Below, piece by piece: positions 57,449 through 64,000 of a stretch of DNA of 64,000 nucleotides. The notes below the pieces were generated by a model that ran no database searches, was not told the DNA's origin, and saw nothing but the letters and a program-made list of their open reading frames with translations. This stretch comes from Pseudomonadota bacterium (GTDB taxonomy: Bacteria > Pseudomonadota > Alphaproteobacteria > Rhodobacterales > Rhodobacteraceae), in the NCBI GenBank assembly GCA_039180525.1, contig JBCDDF010000003.1:94789-158788 (forward strand), given 5' to 3'. Within the stretch, counting starts at the first letter, position 1; every line of letters starts with the position of its first letter. A program made the position numbers and the translations under genes.

Positions 57449-57630
57449 CGGGTCTTGCCTTTCGATCGGAAGCAACACCTCAAGCCCTATGCCAAAGGTT
57501 AACGGACACCTTACGACTTGCCGGTTTCCGATTTATGAAGGCGGCTTGTTTCAGGCAGCGACCCGGCCCGCATGTGCCGGAGCAAATCTGCGGCGCGTCG
57601 ACGCTCGGGTGCCGATGGCAAGGCCCGCAT

Positions 57631-57660
57631 GGCGGTTCTTGGGCGGTTCTTGGGCGGGTC
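57631..57660. repeat. 11-bp tandem repeat, ~3 units
   Basis: ggcggttcttg ggcggttcttg ggcgggtc. Confidence 0.6.
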
Positions 57661-57710
57661 CGGCATGATCGCAGGGCAGGGCGGACCCCGGTCAGGGCCG
57701 CCGCGCGACC

Positions 57711-58007
57711 TTAGCGATCGTGGGGGTCCCGCGCCTCTGGGTGGCTTTCGCCCCACACCTGGCACGCATCCCTGCCGACGAGTCGGTTTTGAATACGATC
57801 CATCTCCTGGATCGCATGGGCGGTGTCTTGGGTTCGTGCGCGCACCCGGTCGAACATGTGCAACGCCGAACGCGGCCGCCATGGAAGCAAAGCCGATGCC
57901 AGCCAGGCCCGCAGTTCCGGCGGCAGCCGGTCGTAGTCGCGCATGGGATCCCCGCGACGCCGTTTGCGCCGAAGCTGGGTCGCCCCCAGGTTCCCGCCCC
58001 GGCTCAC
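57711..58007 (-). CDS. DUF6525-like small basic protein
   Basis: NLGATQLRRKRRRGDPMRDYDRLPPELRAWLASALLPW pattern; GTGA overlap with the upstream ORF. Confidence 0.65.
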   Translation of the reverse strand: MSRGGNLGATQLRRKRRRGDPMRDYDRLPPELRAWLASALLPWRPRSALHMFDRVRARTQDTAHAIQEMDRIQNRLVGRDACQVWGESHPEARDPHDR

Positions 58008-58309
58008 GCCGCCTGGTCCTGGGCGACTGGCTCGATCGCGCCGGGGAAGACCAGGGATTGATGAACCCCGATCCCGGCCAGCGTGCCATCGGCCACCGCC
58101 AGATTGACGTTCGGCATCGGGCCGGCGATGTCGCCCGGCGGGCTGCCGTCCCACCCCGGAACGCCATGCGCCGCCGGGGAGAACCGGTTGCGCGGCATGC
58201 CCGCATCGATCATCAGCACCCGCCGGCTGGCGCGGCCAAGCTGCAGCGCCGCGGTCGCACCGGCGAAACTGGCGCCGACGACGACCACATCGAAGCCGGT
58301 CCCGGTCAC
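58004..58309 (-). pseudogene. internally deleted TrxB-like NAD(P)/FAD oxidoreductase
   Basis: N-terminal FAD motif (DVVVVGASFAG..PRNRF..HG) joined in frame at GDIA to the C-terminal motif (NVNLAVADGTLAGIGVHQSL); 101 aa versus about 300 aa expected. Confidence 0.75.
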
Positions 58310-58311
58310 CC

Positions 58312-59391
58312 TTACGAACCCAGCGCCTGCGACAGGGTGGTGGCGTTGTGGCGCATCATGTCCAGATAGGTCGCGGCCGGCCCGTCCGGGCCCGACAGGG
58401 CATCGGAGTAAAGCGTGCCGCCGATGGTTGCGCCGGTCTCTCTCGCGATCTGCTCGATCAGCCGGTTGTCGGTGATGGTTTCGACGAAGACGGCAGAGAT
58501 ATCCTGATCGCGGATCTGGGTGATCAGCTCTGCCACATCCGCGGCCGAAGCTTCGCTTTCGGTGCTGAGCCCCTGGGCCGCTTTGAATTCGAGCCCGTAC
58601 TGCGCGGCCATGTATCCAAACGCATCATGCGAGGTCACGACGGTGCGCCTGTCTGCGGGGATCGCGGCCATCATGGCGTCGACCTCCGCGCCCAGCGCCT
58701 CTAACTCGGCGACGAATTCGGCCCGGTTCTGATAGAAGATCGCGGCGTGCGCCGGGTCCGCCTTCGCAAGGCCCGCCGCGATATTGTCTGCATAGATCAC
58801 GGCGTTTTCCAGGCTTTGCCAGGCGTGGGGGTCGAAGGCCCCGTGATTATGGCCGGCATGCGCATCGCCGTGATCATCATGGTCGCCGTGGCCCGCATGT
58901 TCCGCGCCATGCGCGTCGCCATGCTTGTCGTCCGCATGCTCCTCGTGGTCATGCGCATCATGCCCATGGGCGTCGCCGTCGGCGTGCTTCTCGTGACCAT
59001 GATCGCCATGCTCATCGTGGTCGTCATGGTCGCCGAATGCGATCGCATCCACGCCGGTGGTGGCGATCACAAGATCTCCGTCGAAGGAAGCCGCCTCTGA
59101 CAGACGTTCCAACCAGCCTTCGAATTCCAGACCGTTCATGAACAGAACATTCGCCTGGCTCACGGCAGCGGCGGCCTGCGGTGTGGGCTGATAGACATGC
59201 GCGTCGCCATCGGGATCCACCAGGGTGGTCAGCGCGATATGCTCACCGCCGATACGCGCGACCATGTCGCCCAGGATCGAGAAGGTGGCGACGACCGGTA
59301 TCGGTTCCTGCGCATGGGCGGCGCCCGGCGACAGCAGGGATGCTGCGACCAGCGCGGTTGCGGATTTCAGAATGGCACGTCGCGATGACAT
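58312..59391 (-). CDS. zinc ABC transporter substrate-binding protein (AztC/ZnuA-like) with long His-rich loop
   Basis: VVATFSILGD, DAHVYQP, DPHAW, HDAFGY and LYSDAL motifs; His/Asp-rich insert; twin-arginine-like SRRAIL. Confidence 0.92.
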   Translation of the reverse strand: MSSRRAILKSATALVAASLLSPGAAHAQEPIPVVATFSILGDMVARIGGEHIALTTLVDPDGDAHVYQPTPQAAAAVSQANVLFMNGLEFEGWLERLSEAASFDGDLVIATTGVDAIAFGDHDDHDEHGDHGHEKHADGDAHGHDAHDHEEHADDKHGDAHGAEHAGHGDHDDHGDAHAGHNHGAFDPHAWQSLENAVIYADNIAAGLAKADPAHAAIFYQNRAEFVAELEALGAEVDAMMAAIPADRRTVVTSHDAFGYMAAQYGLEFKAAQGLSTESEASAADVAELITQIRDQDISAVFVETITDNRLIEQIARETGATIGGTLYSDALSGPDGPAATYLDMMRHNATTLSQALGS

Positions 59392-59400
59392 GGTTTCCCC

Positions 59401-60270
59401 TCAGGTTTCGAAGTGACGGCGCGGCAGGGCCTGGACGAGAAGTCCTCCCACCGGCCCGATGATCACGGACAGCCCATAGACGATACCCGCGACCAAAATG
59501 ATCGCAGGGCCGGACGGCAGGCTGAGGTGAAAAGACAGAAGTAGCCCGGCAACGCTGGACAGCGCCGCGATCATCGCCGCGGCGAGGATCAGCCCGCCGA
59601 TCGTGGCGGTCCAGAACCGTGCCGCCGCGGCCGGTAGGATCATGATCCCGACCGCCATCAGGGTGCCAAGCGCGTGGAAGCCGGCCACAAGGTTCATGAC
59701 CACCAGTCCAAGAAAGACGAAATGCGTGACGGCACTGAGGTTGCTGACCGAACGTAGGAATTGCGGGTCGGCGCATTCCAGAACCAGCGGTCGGAACAGA
59801 ACGGCGACGATAACAACCGACAGGCTGGCGATCGAGCACAGCAAGATCAGCGCGGCATCGTCCAGCGCCAGCACGGTGCCGAACAGCACGTGCATCAGAT
59901 CCACGTTGCTGCCGCGGGTGGAGACGATGAGAACACCGAGCGCCAGCGAGATCAGGTAGAACGCGGCAAGGCTTGCGTCCTCGCGCAGCGCCGTCATGCG
60001 GGACACGACGCCCGACCCAAGCGCCACGACCATGCCGGCGATCAGTCCGCCGATGGTCATGGCGCCAAGCGACAGACCCGACACCAGATACCCGATTGCG
60101 GCACCCGGCAGTATCGCATGCGCCATCGCGTCACCGGTCAGGCTCATCCGCCGCAGCATCAGAAACACGCCCACCGGCGTGGCCCCAACGGCAATGGCAA
60201 AGCAGCCGAGCAACGCACGGCGCATGAAGCCGAAATCGGCGAAGGGCGCGAACAGGATGTCCCAGATCAA
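59401..60270 (-). CDS. zinc ABC transporter permease (AztB/ZnuB-like)
   Basis: RRMSLTGDAMAHAILPG, DLMHVLFG and PSGPAIIL motifs; TTG start overlaps the ATPase stop. Confidence 0.92.
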   Translation of the reverse strand: MIWDILFAPFADFGFMRRALLGCFAIAVGATPVGVFLMLRRMSLTGDAMAHAILPGAAIGYLVSGLSLGAMTIGGLIAGMVVALGSGVVSRMTALREDASLAAFYLISLALGVLIVSTRGSNVDLMHVLFGTVLALDDAALILLCSIASLSVVIVAVLFRPLVLECADPQFLRSVSNLSAVTHFVFLGLVVMNLVAGFHALGTLMAVGIMILPAAAARFWTATIGGLILAAAMIAALSSVAGLLLSFHLSLPSGPAIILVAGIVYGLSVIIGPVGGLLVQALPRRHFET

Positions 60271-61007
60271 GCGGCGGTCTTTCCGCAGACATGCGGCGTG
60301 CTGGCACAGGCCTCGCACATCTGCAGCGCACGCGCGTGGTTCTCGGATGTCAGAACCTGACGCGTGGGCCCATGCGCGACCATCTCGCGCGCCAGCATCA
60401 GCGTGCGTGGAAAATGCGCGCGGACCGTTTCGTGATCGTGCAACACGGCGATGACGGTGCGCCCTTCGCCGTGCCAGCCCCTGACCACGCCGATCAGATC
60501 AGCCATGGTGCGGGCGTCGATGGCGGTGAACGGTTCGTCCAACAGCACCAGACGCGCATCCTGCAGAAGCAGACGGGCGAACAACACCCGCTGCATCTGA
60601 CCGCCCGACAACGCACCGATGGGCCGAGTTTCGAAACCTGTCAGTCCGACGGCGGCAATCGCGCCTTCGACCCGGTCGCGACGCGCGCGGCCCAGCCAGC
60701 CGAAGGCGCCGATCTCTTTCCACAGCCCCATGGCGACCAGGTCGACGACCGACATCGGGAAAGCCCGGTCGATATCCGACTGCTGCGGCAGATAGGCGAT
60801 ATCGTCCCGTGTGATCCCACCGAAGGCGACGCGTCCTTCCAGCGGTGACAGCGCGCCGGTAACCCCCTTGAGAAGCGTCGATTTGCCGGCGCCGTTCGGC
60901 CCGACCACCGCGGTCAGGCTGCCATCGGCGATTTCGGTCTGCAGATGATGGACCGCCGGATGCCGGTCATAGCCCAGCGTCAGATCCTGGAACGCAAGCG
61001 CGGCCAT
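60267..61007 (-). CDS. zinc ABC transporter ATP-binding protein (AztA/ZnuC-like)
   Basis: GPNGAGKST, LSGGQMQR and LDEPFTAID motifs; C-terminal C..C...HVC. Confidence 0.92.
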   Translation of the reverse strand: MAALAFQDLTLGYDRHPAVHHLQTEIADGSLTAVVGPNGAGKSTLLKGVTGALSPLEGRVAFGGITRDDIAYLPQQSDIDRAFPMSVVDLVAMGLWKEIGAFGWLGRARRDRVEGAIAAVGLTGFETRPIGALSGGQMQRVLFARLLLQDARLVLLDEPFTAIDARTMADLIGVVRGWHGEGRTVIAVLHDHETVRAHFPRTLMLAREMVAHGPTRQVLTSENHARALQMCEACASTPHVCGKTAA

Positions 61008-61138
61008 CACAGCGGACCGGGGCTGGAGGTGGCCCAGAGCAAGCCCGCCCAAAGCAAAGCCACAACAAGTGCGGCACCAACCAGTCGTGGCGCGGCGCCG
61101 ACCAATACCAGGCTCAGCACTTTGTCCCTGGTCCTCAT
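61007..61138 (-). CDS. 43-aa single-TM small protein
   Basis: MRTRDKVLSLVLVGAAPRLVGAALVVALLWAGLLWATSSPGPL; ATGA overlap with the zur stop and TGATG overlap with the ATPase start. Confidence 0.6.
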   Translation of the reverse strand: MRTRDKVLSLVLVGAAPRLVGAALVVALLWAGLLWATSSPGPL

Positions 61139-61536
61139 GTCGGCTTCCGCCCGGGCCCGCAATCGGCGCAGGTGCCGTGAACTTCGACGACATGGCGTGA
61201 CGGCGCAAAACCCGATTGGCCGATCAGACCCGACAGCTTGGCCAACAAATCGGGTGCCAGGTTTTCTTCCACCGTCCCGCAATCGTCGCAGATCGAAAGG
61301 ATCGATTCATGCTGATGATCGTCGCACTGGCAGGCCATATAGGCGTTGAGCGACTCCAGCCGGTGCACCCGCCCTTGATCCGTCAGCGCACTCAAGGCGC
61401 GATAGACCGTCGTCGGTGCGATCTTGGGCTTTGTGGCCCGCAATTCGCCCATAACGTCATAGGCGGACAAGGGTCCCGCGTTCGCGCGCAGAAGGTCGAA
61501 TATCTCCGACTGTAGGATTTCGCCGCGCTTGCCCAT
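61135..61536 (-). CDS. zur: Fur family zinc uptake regulator
   Basis: PLSAYD, APTTVYRAL, VHRLESLNAY, CDDC and EVHGTCADC motifs; heads the Zn ABC operon. Confidence 0.88.
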   Translation of the reverse strand: MGKRGEILQSEIFDLLRANAGPLSAYDVMGELRATKPKIAPTTVYRALSALTDQGRVHRLESLNAYMACQCDDHQHESILSICDDCGTVEENLAPDLLAKLSGLIGQSGFAPSRHVVEVHGTCADCGPGRKPT

Positions 61537-61569
61537 TGCCGCCTCCGTATCCGTCCGGCAGCGCTAGAT

Positions 61570-61586
61570 ATGTTATAGTATTACAT
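61570..61586. promoter_or_regulatory. Zur box
   Basis: ATGTTATAGTATTACAT, near-perfect palindrome matching the proteobacterial Zur consensus (ATGTTATA-N-TATAACAT), ~35 bp upstream of zur. Confidence 0.85.
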
Positions 61587-61769
61587 GTTGCAACACCTAG
61601 TTAACGACGTATGTCACTGCGCCGGGATGGGGCGCAAAACCGCAGGGCCGCTGTGGCCTGCGCATCGACGGGCGCCCGCCGGCCGGCGCCGGAATTGCGG
61701 TACGGTTTTTGCCCATCGACCGCGGCGGTCGGGCGCGATAGGTTGCCATAGCGACAGCGAAAGCTCGCC

Positions 61770-62390
61770 ATGGCTCGTATCGAAAACAAGGTTCTGATCC
61801 TCTACGCGCATCCTTCGCCACGGCGGTCGGAGGTCAATGTGCACATGGCGCGGGTTGCGGAGTGGGTGCCGGGGGTCACGCTGGTCGATCTTTATGCCGA
61901 ATACCCGACCTTCGATATCGATGTCGATGCAGAGCAGTCGCGGCTGAACGACCATGACGTCTTGATCTTTCAATTTCCGTTTTACTGGTACTCCACACCC
62001 GCGATCCTGAAGGAATGGCAGGATTTGGTGCTGGAATACGACTACGCCTATGGCAAGCGTGGTACCGCGCTGCATGGCAAAACGTTTCTCTGCGCCCTTA
62101 CCGCCGGCGCACCGGAGGACGCGTATCACACCGAGGGTTACAACAATTTCGGCGTGCGAGAACTGATCGCGCCGCTGGAGCAAAGCGCGGCCCTGTGCGG
62201 CATGACGTTTCTGCCGCCGCTGGTGCTTTTCGGCGCCCGCAGCGCGCGGGAGCGGCACATGGTCGAGCCGCATCTGGATCAATGGGAGCATCTGCTGGAG
62301 GCGTTGGTCCACGGACGGCTGGACATTTCAGCCGCGCAGCAGGCGCCGCTGCTGAACCCCTACGTCAATCGTTTGCTGGCGGAGGTCTGA
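61770..62390 (+). CDS. KefF/KefG-like NAD(P)H oxidoreductase (flavodoxin-like)
   Basis: LYAHP, QFPFYWYSTPAILKEWQD and AYG motifs; directly upstream of a Kef antiporter. Confidence 0.88.
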   Translation: MARIENKVLILYAHPSPRRSEVNVHMARVAEWVPGVTLVDLYAEYPTFDIDVDAEQSRLNDHDVLIFQFPFYWYSTPAILKEWQDLVLEYDYAYGKRGTALHGKTFLCALTAGAPEDAYHTEGYNNFGVRELIAPLEQSAALCGMTFLPPLVLFGARSARERHMVEPHLDQWEHLLEALVHGRLDISAAQQAPLLNPYVNRLLAEV

Positions 62391-62393
62391 GGC

Positions 62394-64000
62394 ATGGATG
62401 GCTTCCTGCTACAGGCTTTCATCTATTTGATCGCCGCGGTCGTCGCGGTGCCGATCGCGAACCGGCTGGGGCTCGGCTCTGTCCTTGGCTATCTGATCGC
62501 CGGCGTCGTCATTGGCCCGATCCTGGGCATCGTGGGTGCGGAATCGCAGGATTTGCAGGCCTATGCCGAATTCGGTGTGGTGATGATGCTGTTCCTGATC
62601 GGATTGGAATTGCAGCCGCGCGAGCTTTGGAACATGCGCAACCGGCTGCTGGGTCTGGGTGGCCTGCAGGTCGTGGGCACGACGCTGCTGATCATGGCGG
62701 CCGGAATGGTGCTGGGCTTTTCGTGGAGCGTGTCGCTGGCCATCGGGCTGACGCTGTCGCTGTCATCGACCGCGATCGTGCTGCAGACCCTGGGCGAAAA
62801 GGGTCTGACGCGGACCGATGGCGGGCAGGCGAGTTTCTCCGTTCTGTTGGCCCAGGACATTGCCGTCATCCCGATGCTGGCGCTGATCCCGCTGTTGCCG
62901 GTGGCGGCGCTGAGCACCGCGTCGGGCGCACCGCTTAGCGATATCGTCTTCACCGCCGGCGGCGGCGGCTCGATGATGGAAGGCAAGCCCGGCTGGATCG
63001 TGACCCTGGTCGTCCTGGGTTCGGTCGGCGCGATCGTGGCCGGCGGTCACTTCCTGACCCGCCCCGTCTTCCGGTTCCTGGCCCAGGCCAAAGTGCCGGA
63101 GATCTTCACCGCCGGCGCTTTGCTTCTGGTGATCGGCATCGCGCTGTTGATGACGCTGGTCGGGCTGTCGCCGGCGCTGGGCACGTTCCTGGCTGGCGTG
63201 GTGCTGGCCAACAGCGAGTACCGGCACGAATTGGAGGCTGACATCGGGCCCTTCAAGGGCCTGCTTCTGGGCCTGTTCTTCATCACCGTGGGCGCGGGGA
63301 TCAATTTCGGCATCCTGGCCGAGCAGTTCTTCGTTGTCGCCGGTTTGACGCTGGGCCTGATCGCGCTGAAGGCGGGCGTGCTGTTTGCCCTGGCCAAGGT
63401 ATTCAGGATCCGCGGCGGGGCCGGCTGGCTGTTCGCGCTGGGCCTGGCGCAGGCGGGCGAATTCGGCTTCGTTCTGCTGAGTTTCAACACCCAGAACGGC
63501 GTGATCCCGTTCGAATTGGGACAGACGCTGCAACTGATCGTCACCTTGTCGATGCTGCTTACACCGGGCCTGTTCATCTTTTACGAGCGTGTCATAGCCG
63601 CCCGGATCGACACGGTCGCGCCCGATGATGACGAGATCGACGAGACCGGCCCGATCATCGTCGCCGGGCTGGGCCGGTTCGGTCAGGTGGTGAACCGCAT
63701 GCTGTTGTCCAACGGCCACAAGACGGTGGTGTTGGACTACCATAACGATCTGATCTCGGGCCTGCGCAGGTTCGGGGTGAAGGCGTTTTTCGGCGACCCG
63801 TCGCGCCCCGACCTGCTGCTGGCCGCCGGGATCCGCGAGGCCAAGGTGCTGGTGGTGGCGATGGATGACCGCGAAAAGGCCGTGCAGATGGTGGAATACG
63901 TGACCCGCGAACATCCGCACGTGCATGTGGTGGCGCGGGCCTATGACCGGCAGCATGTTTATCAGCTCTATGCCGCGGGCGCGCGCGATATCGTGCGGGA
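62394..64000 (+). CDS. kefC: glutathione-regulated K+ efflux antiporter KefB/KefC (CPA2), runs off the window end
   Basis: Manual translation MDGFLLQAFIYLIAAVVAVPIANRLGLGSVLGYLIAG..EFGVVMMLFLIGLEL..SEYRHELEADIGPFKGLLLGLFF..GLGRFGQ (KTN domain); no stop codon in the window. Confidence 0.9.
   Translation, partial: MDGFLLQAFIYLIAAVVAVPIANRLGLGSVLGYLIAGVVIGPILGIVGAESQDLQAYAEFGVVMMLFLIGLELQPRELWNMRNRLLGLGGLQVVGTTLLIMAAGMVLGFSWSVSLAIGLTLSLSSTAIVLQTLGEKGLTRTDGGQASFSVLLAQDIAVIPMLALIPLLPVAALSTASGAPLSDIVFTAGGGGSMMEGKPGWIVTLVVLGSVGAIVAGGHFLTRPVFRFLAQAKVPEIFTAGALLLVIGIALLMTLVGLSPALGTFLAGVVLANSEYRHELEADIGPFKGLLLGLFFITVGAGINFGILAEQFFVVAGLTLGLIALKAGVLFALAKVFRIRGGAGWLFALGLAQAGEFGFVLLSFNTQNGVIPFELGQTLQLIVTLSMLLTPGLFIFYERVIAARIDTVAPDDDEIDETGPIIVAGLGRFGQVVNRMLLSNGHKTVVLDYHNDLISGLRRFGVKAFFGDPSRPDLLLAAGIREAKVLVVAMDDREKAVQMVEYVTREHPHVHVVARAYDRQHVYQLYAAGARDIVR

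Noticed and set aside
57485-57530. Pho box upstream of the alkaline phosphatase gene
   Set aside because: No pair of CTGTCAT-like half-sites at 11-bp spacing could be identified

Overview
High-GC alphaproteobacterial chromosome segment that looks like Rhodobacterales/Roseobacter (RegA, HvrA-like H-NS, GTTC-N7-GTTC LexA box). About 1-40 kb is mostly housekeeping: regA, maeB, recQ, sseA-tyrB, rsmD, a type I secretion ABC/MFP pair, mlaA/mlaC, PBP1A, glnK-amtB, rlmN, three Gfo/Idh/MocA oxidoreductases and fadD. It also holds a small higBA module, a WYL regulator/DUF6855 pair and several REP/MITE-like repeats. 40.7-47.0 kb is a LexA-controlled imuA-imuB-dnaE2 mutagenesis cassette, bracketed by two near-identical ~45-bp palindromic repeats and split by a ~300-bp structured insertion. 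47-61.6 kb is a zinc-limitation island. It carries Zur with a Zur box, an AztABC-like Zn ABC transporter, an internally deleted flavin oxidoreductase, DUF6525, a PhoA-type alkaline phosphatase and an Rrf2 regulator. The Rrf2 gene is divergent from a long operon: COG0523 GTPase, putative metal-independent iota-class carbonic anhydrase, DUF1826, a Nik/Opp-type ABC importer and a DMT transporter. This operon is the best candidate for an undescribed system. The window ends in kefF/kefC. No rRNA, tRNA, CRISPR array, transposase or integrase was seen. All family assignments come from motif recognition, not database searches.
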